Source: Phycisphaerae bacterium (GTDB taxonomy: Bacteria > Planctomycetota > Phycisphaerae > UBA1845 > Fen-1342). From it: DNA of 64,000 nucleotides. The stretch's first letter is position 1. Every line of letters starts with the position of its first letter. Position numbers and translations under genes: made by a program. Positions 54,262 to 63,885 of the stretch are shown here, in pieces. The notes under the pieces were generated by a model. That model was not told the DNA's origin. It searched no databases and saw only the letters and a program-made list of their open reading frames with translations. The stretch covers positions 35,860-99,859 of the forward strand of contig JASFQK010000022.1 in the NCBI GenBank assembly GCA_050115495.1. The letters are read 5' to 3'.

Positions 54262-56703
54262 ATGCACGAGTCGCTACGAGTCCTGCTGATCGAGGATTCC
54301 GAGGCGGACGCCGCGCTCATCCTTCGCGAGCTGCGGCGCGGGGAGTACGAAGTGACCGCCCGTCGTGTGTCCACGCTGGAAGAGCTGCATGCAGCCCTGG
54401 CCGACGGCGGCTGGGACGTCGTGATCTCCGATTTCGTCCTGCCGGGTTTCGACGGGCTCGAAGCGCTGCGGATCGTTCGGCAGGTCGCCGGCAACGTGCC
54501 CTTCCTGCTCGTCTCGGCGCCGATTAGCGAGGAGCGGGCGATCGAGGCCATGAGAGCCGGCGCGCACGACTACCTCGCCAAGGACCAGCTCGCGAGACTC
54601 CGGCCGGCCCTGGAACGCGAGCTGCGTGATAGCGAGGAGCGCCGCGCCCGCCAGAGGGCCGAGGCAGCCCTCCGCGAGTCCGAAGCGCAGCATCGCGCCA
54701 TCGCGGAGACCGCCCGCGACGCCATCATCACGGCGGACGCCACCGGCGTCGTTCGCTTCTGGAACGCCGCGGCCGAACGCGTCTTCGGATTCACGTCCAG
54801 CGAAGTCCTCGGCCGCGACATGCTGGAGCTGATCGTTCCCCCCCAGCATCGGAAGGCGAAGCGACAGGCGATGGTCGAGTTCGCCCGCACGGGCCACGGA
54901 CGGCTGATCGGCCAGACGATCGAACTAACCGCGCTGCGCAAGGATGGGACGGAGTTCCCGATCGACCTGTCGTTGTCGAGCTACGAGGGCGCGGACGGGC
55001 CCGTCGCCGTGGCCATGATTCGCGACGTCACCGATCGCAAGGAGAAAGAGGCCCAACTGCGCCGTAGCGAGCAGAGACTCCAGGCGATCCTCGACACGGT
55101 CCAGGCCGGTATCGTCATCGAGGATGCCCGGACACACGAGATCGTGGAGGCCAATCCGGCGGCGCTACAGATGATCGGCGTCACCAGGGCGGAAGCCCTC
55201 GGTCGCCCGTACCACCAATTCACTCGTCCCGCCGACGCGGACTGCGGCCCCGTCGCCGATCCTGGCCATTTCGGGGACAACGTGGAGCGTGTGCTGCTGA
55301 CGGCGGGCGGGGAGACGCTGCCCATTATCGAGACCGTCACGCCGCTGGTGCTCGACGACGGGGAATTCCTCGTCGACAGCTTTGTCGACATCAGCGATCG
55401 CAAGCGGGGCGAAGAGCAACTGCGGCTCGCCAAGGAGATGGCGGAGGCGGCGGACCGGACCAAGAGCGAGTTCCTGGCCAACATGAGCCACGAGATTCGG
55501 ACGCCCTTGACCGCGATTCTCGGTTTCTCGGAGATGCTGAGCGGCGATGTGCTCTGTTGCACGGTGTGCCCCAGTCACGCAAACTGCCCGACGCGCAGCC
55601 AACACCGGGACCACGCGGCCACCGTCGCCGCCAACGGCCAGTATCTGCTCACGATGATCAACGACATTCTCGATCTCTCGAAGGTTGAAGCCGGCAAGCT
55701 CGAGGTCGAGCGCATTCGCGTGTCCACGTGCGAGATCCTGGCCCAGGTTGCGTCGCTGGCGCAGGTCCACGTCGACGCGAAGGGCCTGAGCTTCGAGCTG
55801 GAGTTCAACGGGCCGATTCCCGAGTTCGTACAAACCGACCCAACGCGGCTCCGGCAGATCCTCGTCAACGTGGTGGGGAACGCGATCAAGTTCACCGAAG
55901 TCGGCAGCGTGCGTCTCATCACGCGCGTTCTCGACGCCGACGGTCCGGAACCGGCCCTGCAATTCGAGGTGGTGGACACGGGCATCGGCATGACGCCGCA
56001 ACAGGTGGCCGGGCTCTTCCAGCCATTCGGACAGGCGGACACGTCAATGACCAGACGTTTCGGCGGCACGGGCCTCGGCCTGGCCATCTGCAAACGCCTG
56101 GTCGAGCTGCTGGGCGGAGAGATCGCCATTGTCGAGACAAAACCGGCGCGTGGTACACGGGCCAAGATCACGATTGACGCCGGGTCACTCGCCAACGTGC
56201 CGATGCTCGATAACCCGAAGTCGGCAATCATCACGAAGGTCACGGCGAGCCGTGCGCACAGCGGCAGCAAGTACGAGGAGGGCCTGACCTGTCGCATCCT
56301 GCTGGCCGAGGACGGCCCGGATAACCAGCGTCTGATCGCGCACGTGCTCAGGAAAAGCGGCGCCGAAGTGACGATCGTGGAGAACGGGCAGTTGGCCGTC
56401 GACGCGGCCCTGACCGCCCGCGACACCGGCCAGCCGTTTGATGTGGTCCTGATGGACATGCAGATGCCGGTGATGGATGGCTACGCCGCCACGCGACTGC
56501 TGCGTCAGAGCGGATATGAGAGCCCGATCATCGCGCTGACCGCATACGCCATGGCGGGAGACCGGCAGCGGTGCCTGGCCGCCGGCTGCAACGAGTATGC
56601 CACCAAGCCTATCTGTCGCAGCCAGTTGATCCAGAGTATTCGCAGCCAGTTGGAAGAGCACGGCGTGCACGGCGAAGTCGTGGCGTGCCATGCGGGAGTG
56701 TGA
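54262..56703 (+). CDS. Hybrid histidine kinase REC-PAS-PAS-HisKA-HATPase-REC
   Basis: LLIEDS/ISDFVLP; two PAS domains; FLANMSHEIRTPL; NAIKFT, DTGIG, GGTGLGL; LLAEDG/LMDMQMP. Confidence 0.94.
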   Translation: MHESLRVLLIEDSEADAALILRELRRGEYEVTARRVSTLEELHAALADGGWDVVISDFVLPGFDGLEALRIVRQVAGNVPFLLVSAPISEERAIEAMRAGAHDYLAKDQLARLRPALERELRDSEERRARQRAEAALRESEAQHRAIAETARDAIITADATGVVRFWNAAAERVFGFTSSEVLGRDMLELIVPPQHRKAKRQAMVEFARTGHGRLIGQTIELTALRKDGTEFPIDLSLSSYEGADGPVAVAMIRDVTDRKEKEAQLRRSEQRLQAILDTVQAGIVIEDARTHEIVEANPAALQMIGVTRAEALGRPYHQFTRPADADCGPVADPGHFGDNVERVLLTAGGETLPIIETVTPLVLDDGEFLVDSFVDISDRKRGEEQLRLAKEMAEAADRTKSEFLANMSHEIRTPLTAILGFSEMLSGDVLCCTVCPSHANCPTRSQHRDHAATVAANGQYLLTMINDILDLSKVEAGKLEVERIRVSTCEILAQVASLAQVHVDAKGLSFELEFNGPIPEFVQTDPTRLRQILVNVVGNAIKFTEVGSVRLITRVLDADGPEPALQFEVVDTGIGMTPQQVAGLFQPFGQADTSMTRRFGGTGLGLAICKRLVELLGGEIAIVETKPARGTRAKITIDAGSLANVPMLDNPKSAIITKVTASRAHSGSKYEEGLTCRILLAEDGPDNQRLIAHVLRKSGAEVTIVENGQLAVDAALTARDTGQPFDVVLMDMQMPVMDGYAATRLLRQSGYESPIIALTAYAMAGDRQRCLAAGCNEYATKPICRSQLIQSIRSQLEEHGVHGEVVACHAGV

Positions 56704-56778
56704 CCGAATGCATGGCACCAACGAGCGTGAGAGGCCGCGGCCAGACGGACCGCCGGAGCGTGTCCCGCGTCCGTCCGA

Positions 56779-57153
56779 TCAGGAACTCGCTCCGGCGCCG
56801 ACCAGGGACGCCAGCAGATCGGTGAGTCGGTGTTCGTCCAGCGGTTTGGAAAGGAAGTACACATTCGGCAGGCGCGTCACGATGGATCGGAAGTCCTCAC
56901 GATCATGGCCGGAGAGAAACACGATGGGTACGTCGCTCTCGTTGCGCAGGGCCTTTGCAATGGACCGGCCGTCGCCACTGGGCATCCCATGGTCCAGAAT
57001 GGCGACCGCGAACCGCTGCCGCTGGCACTCCCGCAACACGCCCAAACCGTCCGCGACCTCGGTCACCTCGTATCCCAACGCGGTGAGTCGCAAACGCAGG
57101 GCCTTCCGCACGTGCGCGTTGTCGTCAGCAATGAGCATTCTCGGACGTGACAT
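56779..57153 (-). CDS. Single-domain response regulator
   Basis: LIADDN, ILDHGMP, FLSG, SKP. Confidence 0.88.
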   Translation of the reverse strand: MSRPRMLIADDNAHVRKALRLRLTALGYEVTEVADGLGVLRECQRQRFAVAILDHGMPSGDGRSIAKALRNESDVPIVFLSGHDREDFRSIVTRLPNVYFLSKPLDEHRLTDLLASLVGAGASS

Positions 57154-57414
57154 GTGCCTCTCCCGGACGACGAAGCGGGCCCCCTTTCGCTACGAACACC
57201 TACTACAAATGTGCGATTCTCACGCCCTGAGTCAAGTGAAGGGCGCAGCTCACCCGGCCCGCAGGCCGGGCACTCGTGACGACGCAACTCCAGCCGCCCG
57301 AACCGGCGGCCCGTGGCGTTTTCTGCAAGACGAAGTTCTGGCATCGTTCCAGACCCGGCACGTCCGTGGGTTCGATAAGACGCGCTGGGCAGCGAACATC
57401 GCGAGCCCATCACG

Positions 57415-60333
57415 ATGAACGAGACCGTTGCCAAGCTGCGGCGGTTGGGCGCACTCGTTCTGGTTGGGGTGTTCGCCCTCGGCGTGACCGAGCTGGTCAC
57501 CGCGTTCGCTCCGCATTGGAGTTGGCAGCACTACCCCGTACATGCGGCCCTGGAGGGTTTCGGCGCCTTCGCCGCGCTGACCATCGCCCTGCTGATTCTC
57601 CTGCTGCGCAGGCACGAGGACCTGCAACCGGCGCACGTCTGGCTGGCCAGCGGCATGATCGGGATGGGGATGCTGGACGGTTTCCATGGAGCCGTGCACG
57701 CCGGGGATTCGTTCGTCTGGCTCCACAGCCTGGCGACACTGATCGGCGGCACCCTGTTTGCTTGCGTCTGGCTGCCCCAGGCGTGGGCCACGACTCGCGT
57801 GGTTCGGGCGCTTCCTGCCGTGATGCTCAGCGTCAGCACGGCGCTGGGCATCTTCTCGATCGCGAAGCCCGCATGGCTACCCAGGATGGATGGCACATAC
57901 GGCTTCACGCCCACTGCCCAGGCCCTGAACGTCGCCGGCGGCATCGGCTTCCTCGCCGCCGCCTCATACTTCATCGTCGTTCGGGGCCGCGCGCAACGGC
58001 ACGGCGCGCTGGTGTGGGTGAGCCAGTGCCTGTTGTTGGGCGTGGCGGGCATCCTCTTCCACGGGTCGCTGCTCTGGGATGCGGAATGGTGGCTGTGGCA
58101 CGTTCTCCGCATACTCGCCTACGGAGTCACGCTCTATTACTTCTTCGCCCTGTACCACCGGGGACAGGTCGAACTGCAGCAGTCCCGCGATCTGACCCAG
58201 CAGCGCGTTGAAGAACGGACGAAAGAACTGGCGCGGACCAATGAAGACCTCAGAACGGAGAACCGCGAGCGCCGAATCGCCGAGCGGAACCTCCACATCA
58301 CGCTCAGCAGCATCGGCGACGGTGTGATTGTGACGGATACGAGCCGGACTGTCGTGCGTCTGAACCGGGTTGCCGAAGAGCTGACCGGCTGGCGCCACAG
58401 CGAGGCGCTGGGCCGATCGCTGGACGAGGTGTTCAGAATCATCAACGAGGACACGCGTGCGCCGGCCGCTGATCCCGTGGGACGCGTGCTGCAATCGGGT
58501 CAGATCGAGGGGCTGGCCAACCACTCGATGCTGATCGCCCGGGACGGCACGCAGCGGGCGATCTCCGACAGCGCAGCGCCGATCCAGGCCGATGAAGGGG
58601 AGATGCTCGGCGTCGTGCTCGTGTTCCGCGACGTGACGGAGGAACGGCGTCGGCAGGTGGAGAAGGACCAACTGCTGCATCAACTGGGCGAGCGCGTCCA
58701 GGAACTGGACTGCCTCTACGGCCTGAGCCGCGTGATCGAAACGCCCGGACTGAGCATACTGGAGATCCTGCAAAGAGCGGCGGAGCTTCTGCCGCCGTCA
58801 TCGCAGTACCCCGAATACGCGGGCGCCCGCGTTCGCTACCACGAGGCGGTGTTCGAAACGTCCCGATTTGATACGGACGGGGAGTTCGTCTCGGTCGCCA
58901 TCGAGGTCCGGGGGAAGAGGGTCGGTGACATCTCCCTCGGTTACGGCGAAGTGCCGCCGGAGGCTGGCGAGGGACCGCTCCTGGAGGAAGAACGGGTCCT
59001 GGTCGGGGCGATCGCCGAACGCCTCGGCCACGTCATCGGACGCATGCAGGCGGAGGAGGCGTTGCGTAAGTCGCGCCACGAGCTGGCCATTCGAAATCGT
59101 ATCGCCCGGAGCTTTCTCACGCTCTCGGATGACGACATGTACACCGAAGTCCTCAAGATCGTCATGAAGGCGCTGGAGAGCGAATATGGTGTGTTCGGAT
59201 ACATCGACGAGCACGGGACCTTCGTCGTTCCGACGATGACGCGCCACATCTGGGACAAGTGCCAGGTCGCCGACAAGCGCATTGTCTTCCCACGGGAGAG
59301 CTGGGGGGACAGTGCGTGGCCTCAGGCCATTCGTGAGAAGCGGACGATACACTCGAACGAACCCTCCATGAAGGTGCCCGCCGGCCACATACCGATCACG
59401 CGGCACGTGTCGCTGCCGATCATTCATCAAGGCACGGTGGTTGGTGTCATACAGGTCGCCAACAAGAAGACCGACTACACGGAGAAGGACATCAGACTGC
59501 TCGAAATGCTCGCGGGAGCCATCGCGCCGGTTCTGAGCGCGCGGCTGCAGCGCGAGCGTCAGGAGCAGGCGCGCGCCGAGGCGGAGCAGCATCTGGCCGT
59601 CAAGGCCACCGAACTGGCGCGCTCGAACAGCGAATTGGAGCAGTTTGCCTACATCGCTTCGCACGACCTGAGGGCCCCCTTGCGGGCGATTGACCATCTC
59701 TCCCAGTGGATCGAGGAGGATATCGCGACCCTGCTCACTGGGGAGACGCGCGAGAACATGCAGCTCCTGCGCGGGCGGGTGTCGCGGCTGGAGGCACTCC
59801 TGGACGATCTGCTGGACTACTCGCGTGCCGGGCGTGTGGGCACCGAAGTGCGTGAGATGGACACGGCCATGGCCGTGCAGGACATCGTGGCCCTCCTGGA
59901 CCCTCCCGTCGGCTTCACCGTCGAGACGTTCGGCATTCTGCCCACGTTCCGGACGGCGGTCGGGCCGCTGGAGCAGGTGCTGCGTAACCTGATTGGCAAC
60001 GCGATCAAGCACCACGATCGCACCTCCGGACGCGTGGAGGTCTCAGTCGAGGAAGGTGACGAGTTCTACGAGTTCACTGTCGCCGATGACGGTCCCGGCA
60101 TCCCGGACCGGCTTCGCAACAAGGCGTTTCAGATGTTCCAGACGCTACGGCCGCGCGACGAGGTCGAAGGCAGCGGTATGGGTCTGGCCGTGGTCAGGAA
60201 GCTCGTCGAGTGGCAAGGCGGGACCATTCGGCTGGACTGCGGCCCCGACGGCCGCGGCGCCGTCTTCCGCTTCACCTGGAGGAAAAATTGGTCGAACACG
60301 GAGGCAGAGCCATGCCTGACAGCCGTACCGTAA
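57415..60333 (+). CDS. Membrane sensor histidine kinase (multi-TM, PAS, GAF, HisKA, HATPase)
   Basis: About seven hydrophobic segments; TLSSIGDGVIVTD PAS; GAF; ASHDLRAPL; NAIKH, DDGPGI, GSGMGL. Confidence 0.93.
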   Translation: MNETVAKLRRLGALVLVGVFALGVTELVTAFAPHWSWQHYPVHAALEGFGAFAALTIALLILLLRRHEDLQPAHVWLASGMIGMGMLDGFHGAVHAGDSFVWLHSLATLIGGTLFACVWLPQAWATTRVVRALPAVMLSVSTALGIFSIAKPAWLPRMDGTYGFTPTAQALNVAGGIGFLAAASYFIVVRGRAQRHGALVWVSQCLLLGVAGILFHGSLLWDAEWWLWHVLRILAYGVTLYYFFALYHRGQVELQQSRDLTQQRVEERTKELARTNEDLRTENRERRIAERNLHITLSSIGDGVIVTDTSRTVVRLNRVAEELTGWRHSEALGRSLDEVFRIINEDTRAPAADPVGRVLQSGQIEGLANHSMLIARDGTQRAISDSAAPIQADEGEMLGVVLVFRDVTEERRRQVEKDQLLHQLGERVQELDCLYGLSRVIETPGLSILEILQRAAELLPPSSQYPEYAGARVRYHEAVFETSRFDTDGEFVSVAIEVRGKRVGDISLGYGEVPPEAGEGPLLEEERVLVGAIAERLGHVIGRMQAEEALRKSRHELAIRNRIARSFLTLSDDDMYTEVLKIVMKALESEYGVFGYIDEHGTFVVPTMTRHIWDKCQVADKRIVFPRESWGDSAWPQAIREKRTIHSNEPSMKVPAGHIPITRHVSLPIIHQGTVVGVIQVANKKTDYTEKDIRLLEMLAGAIAPVLSARLQRERQEQARAEAEQHLAVKATELARSNSELEQFAYIASHDLRAPLRAIDHLSQWIEEDIATLLTGETRENMQLLRGRVSRLEALLDDLLDYSRAGRVGTEVREMDTAMAVQDIVALLDPPVGFTVETFGILPTFRTAVGPLEQVLRNLIGNAIKHHDRTSGRVEVSVEEGDEFYEFTVADDGPGIPDRLRNKAFQMFQTLRPRDEVEGSGMGLAVVRKLVEWQGGTIRLDCGPDGRGAVFRFTWRKNWSNTEAEPCLTAVP

Positions 60334-60743
60334 CCGTTTTGCTGGTGGAGGATGACGACATCGACCGCAAGGTCGTCCACCGGGCCTTCGCCAAGCACAA
60401 GATCGCAAACCCGATCGTCGAGGCGCGCGACGGCCTCGAGGCGCTGGAGATCATTCGCGGCAAGAACGGGACCGCGCCGCTGCCGCGGCCGTACCTGGTG
60501 CTGCTCGATCTGAACATGCCGCGTATGAACGGCATCGAGTTCCTGAGGGAGGTCCGCGGGGACAATCGTCTGCGGGATTCGGTGATCTTCGTGTTGACGA
60601 CATCCCGGGGCGAGCAGGACCGCGTCCAGGCCTACGAACTGAACGTGGCCGGGTACATGGTCAAGGCCGACGCCGGCGCCGAGTTCATCAACGCCGTGGA
60701 GATGCTGGACCACTACTGGCGCGTTGTGGAGTTCCCCTCCTGA
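60312..60743 (+). CDS. Single-domain response regulator (Rcp1-like), close paralog of 53787-54218
   Basis: LLVEDDD, PLPRPYLVLLDLNMP, LTTS, NVAGYMVK. Confidence 0.93.
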   Translation: MPDSRTVTVLLVEDDDIDRKVVHRAFAKHKIANPIVEARDGLEALEIIRGKNGTAPLPRPYLVLLDLNMPRMNGIEFLREVRGDNRLRDSVIFVLTTSRGEQDRVQAYELNVAGYMVKADAGAEFINAVEMLDHYWRVVEFPS

Positions 60744-60882
60744 GGTCGCCATTGACGGAACCCGTTCACATCGTGTCGTTTGAGGAAGATGCGCGCCGGG
60801 CACTTGCGGAGTTCGCGGGAGCCTCGCCGAACACCTGTCACGCCCCGACGGTACGACCGGGGCATTTGCCGGAGCGCTGAAC

Positions 60883-61185
60883 ATGCAACACCGACTATCG
60901 CTGTACATCGCCGGGGAGGCCGACAACAGCGTACGAGCGCTGCAGACGATCAGGCGTATCTGCCTGGAACACCTGAACGGTGACGTGGAACTGCACGTTA
61001 TCGACATCGACGCCGAACCGGAGGCGGCCTCGGCGCACGGCATTCGCGCCGCGCCGACGCTGGTCCGGGAGCGGCCCACGCCCGTGCAGATGCTCGTCGG
61101 CGACCTTTCGGACGAACGGAGGATCCTGGACATGCTGGAGCTGCCCCATCCCGACGAACAGCAGGAGTGCCGCGGCCATGTGTAG
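60883..61185 (+). CDS. kaiB: KaiB-family protein
   Basis: LSLYIAG...SVRAL..I.RIC, VIDI..EPE.A, AAPTLV..P.P...VGDLSD. Confidence 0.88.
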   Translation: MQHRLSLYIAGEADNSVRALQTIRRICLEHLNGDVELHVIDIDAEPEAASAHGIRAAPTLVRERPTPVQMLVGDLSDERRILDMLELPHPDEQQECRGHV

Positions 61186-61297
61186 CCAGGCGAAGGGCCC
61201 GCTCATTCCGAGGATTTCGACCGCAATTGAGGGTTTTGTCCGGCTGTCGCGCGACGAGATCCCTCAGAGGTGGACGACACTCCTGGCCGATGTGTGA
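61178..61297 (+). pseudogene. kaiC: Degenerate N-terminal remnant of kaiC
   Basis: IPRISTAIEGFVRLSRDEIPQRWTTLL resembles the KaiC start (T.IEGFD.IS.GGLP..R.TLV); stops before Walker A; overlaps the kaiB end. Confidence 0.55.
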
Positions 61298-61317
61298 AGC
61301 GGAAGGAATCGTTGCGG

Positions 61318-62889
61318 ATGGACACCGTGCGCGTGCTGCTGGTCGAGGACGATCCCATCGACGCGAAGCACGTGTTGCGCTCGTTGCGTGACACGTCGTT
61401 CGGCGTGTTTCAGGTAACTCATGTCCAGGATCTCCGGGATGCCCTGGCGGATCTGGCCGGCGGCGGCCTGGACGTCGTGTTGCTGGACCTGTCGCTGCCC
61501 GACTCGGACGGGACGACCACCGTCACACAGATCCAGGAAGCCGCGCCCAACGTGCCGGTCGTCGTGCTGACCGGCTACGACGATTCGGGTCTGGGTGACG
61601 CCCTGCTCACCTCCGGCGTCCAGGACTACATCCCCAAGGGCCGGGAGGCGGAGCACGTCCTGCAGCGCAGCCTTTGCTATGCCGTGGAGCGTCAGCGCCT
61701 GCTGGAGGCGCTCCGCGCGGAGCGACAGGAGCTGAAGGACTTCGCCGAAGCGGTCCGCAGCGGGGCCGTTGACACGATCGTCGGCAGCGGCGGCGGATCG
61801 CAGATCATCCGCCTGCTGGACGCGCGCGCCGTGGAGGAGAACGAGCGCCTGATGGCCGAGCTGCGGCAGTCCAACAGCGACTTGCAGGCGGAGATTGCGG
61901 AACGCGTACGGGCCGAGGAGGCCCTGGCGGAGAACGCCATGACCCTGGCGGCCATGAACGAGGCGTTCGGCGAGACCAAGCGTGATCTGACGAACATGAT
62001 CACGCAGCTATCGCAGGTCAACGCCGACCTGGGGCGCAAGAACACCGAGCTGGACGAGCTCAACATGGTCCACGCCGCCACCAACGAAGCGCTCCAGGAG
62101 ACGCAGCGTTCCCTGGCCAATACCGTCGCCCAACTGTCCGAGGCCAACGAGGCCCTGGCGCAGAAGAATGCCGAGCTGGACGAGTTCAGCTACGTCGCCT
62201 CGCACGATATCCAGGAGCCGCTGCGCAAACTGATCTCCTTTTCCGAGCTGCTCCGCGGGGACCTGGGGGGTGACCTGCCGGAAGCCGCGGCGAAGGACCT
62301 GGACTATATCACGGACGCGGCCCGGCGGATGCAGACCCTGGTCCAGGACCTGCTGAAGCTGTCCCGGGCCGGGCGTACCGAGCTGAAACGCACGCGCGTG
62401 TCGCTCGGTGAATGCGTGGACCGGGCCCTGACCGCCCTGGCCGGCCGGATCGAACAGACCAGCGCGGAGGTGACGTGCGACGATCTGCCGGAGGTCGACG
62501 GCGACATCACGCTGCTCACGCAGCTCTATCAGAACCTCATCGGCAACGCCCTGAAGTTCGTGCCCGGTGAGCAGCGGCCCGCCGTCCACGTCACCGCCGA
62601 GCGCAGCAACGGCGGGTGGACTCTGGGCGTTCGCGATAACGGGATCGGGATTGCGCCGGAGTACGCGGAGCAGATCTTCTCGCCCTTCAAGCGTCTGCAC
62701 GGGCGCAGCGAGTACGAGGGCAGCGGGATCGGCCTGGCCATCTGTCGCAAGACGGTCGAACGCCACGGCGGTCGAATCTGGGTGGAGTCACAGCCGGGCG
62801 ATGGGGCGCACTTTCGGTTCACCCTGAACACGGACCAGGAGGCGTGTGAATGCGCGGTCGAGACGACAGGCATTTCGTCATCCTGCTAG
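61318..62889 (+). CDS. Histidine kinase REC - coiled coil - HisKA - HATPase
   Basis: LLVEDD/LLDLSLPD; AVRSGAVD; duplicated coiled-coil unit; ASHDIQEPL; NALKF, DNGIGI, GSGIGL. Confidence 0.93.
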   Translation: MDTVRVLLVEDDPIDAKHVLRSLRDTSFGVFQVTHVQDLRDALADLAGGGLDVVLLDLSLPDSDGTTTVTQIQEAAPNVPVVVLTGYDDSGLGDALLTSGVQDYIPKGREAEHVLQRSLCYAVERQRLLEALRAERQELKDFAEAVRSGAVDTIVGSGGGSQIIRLLDARAVEENERLMAELRQSNSDLQAEIAERVRAEEALAENAMTLAAMNEAFGETKRDLTNMITQLSQVNADLGRKNTELDELNMVHAATNEALQETQRSLANTVAQLSEANEALAQKNAELDEFSYVASHDIQEPLRKLISFSELLRGDLGGDLPEAAAKDLDYITDAARRMQTLVQDLLKLSRAGRTELKRTRVSLGECVDRALTALAGRIEQTSAEVTCDDLPEVDGDITLLTQLYQNLIGNALKFVPGEQRPAVHVTAERSNGGWTLGVRDNGIGIAPEYAEQIFSPFKRLHGRSEYEGSGIGLAICRKTVERHGGRIWVESQPGDGAHFRFTLNTDQEACECAVETTGISSSC

Positions 62890-63299
62890 CCGACGACGAT
62901 CCCGGCGACCAGGAACTGGTTCGTCGGGCATCGCGGACGGCGGGCATCGACGCCGAACTGCGCGTCGTGGCGGACGGCGAGGAGGCTCTGGAGTACCTCC
63001 ACCAGCGTGGACGCTATGCGCCGCCGGGCGACGCCCCCCGGCCGGATCTGATGCTCCTGGACCTCAACATGCCGCGGCTGGACGGGCGTCAGGTGCTGCA
63101 ACGCGTACGTTCCGACCCGCAGACGCAACGCATCCCGGTCGTCGTGTTCACCACGTCGGACCGGGTGGAGGACGTGCGGGACTGCTACCAGCTCGGCTGC
63201 AACTCCTTCATCACGAAACCCGCCGAATTGAGCGATTTCGTGCAGCTCCTCGAGCGGCTGAAGACGTACTGGTTTGAACTTGTGACGCTTCCCATCTGA
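62850..63299 (+). CDS. Single-domain response regulator (Rcp1-like)
   Basis: LLADDD, PDLMLLDLNMP, FTTS, NSFITKP. Confidence 0.93.
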   Translation: MRGRDDRHFVILLADDDPGDQELVRRASRTAGIDAELRVVADGEEALEYLHQRGRYAPPGDAPRPDLMLLDLNMPRLDGRQVLQRVRSDPQTQRIPVVVFTTSDRVEDVRDCYQLGCNSFITKPAELSDFVQLLERLKTYWFELVTLPI

Positions 63300-63312
63300 A
63301 TGAGGCCGGCCC

Positions 63313-63885
63313 ATGGAAGACCGTGAACTCAGGATTCTGGCGATTGACGATGACGCGGGCGACGCGGAGCTGCTACGCCGCCACCTGGGGAGCATCGACC
63401 GACTGAAGAGCGACGTGATCCACGCCACCGATGCGCACCGCGGCCTCGCCTGGCTCGAAGAGGACGACGTGGACGTCATCTTCCTGGATGTCCAACTGGG
63501 CGGCGACACCGGCCTGAACGTGGTCGAGCGCATCCGGAACCGGGGGGACCTGCGTCCGGTGATCGTGCTCACCGGGCGCGGGGATGAGTACGTGGCCGCC
63601 GAGCTCACGCGGGCCGGCGCCGACGACTACCTCGCCAAGTCCGATCTCGGCCCGGAAAGCCTGCGGCGGTCGCTGGAGCTGGCCCTGGCACGTTACAGGC
63701 AGCGCAAGGCGGAGGCGGAGTTGGCCCGCACGCGCGAGCGTGTCGTCAAGCACATCGCCGAGTCGAACATTGAGCTGTCGCAGGCCAGCCGCCTCGACCC
63801 GCTGACCCGGCTGATGAACCGGGCGGCGTGGGATGAGGCGGCGACCATCGAGCATGACCGTTCCTCGCGGTACGGAGAGCTATAA
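63313..63885 (+). pseudogene. REC-GGDEF diguanylate cyclase truncated at the start of the GGDEF domain
   Basis: Intact REC domain, linker, DPLTRLMNR...EHDRSSRYG, then an abrupt stop; no DxDxFK or GGDEF follows. Confidence 0.75.
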
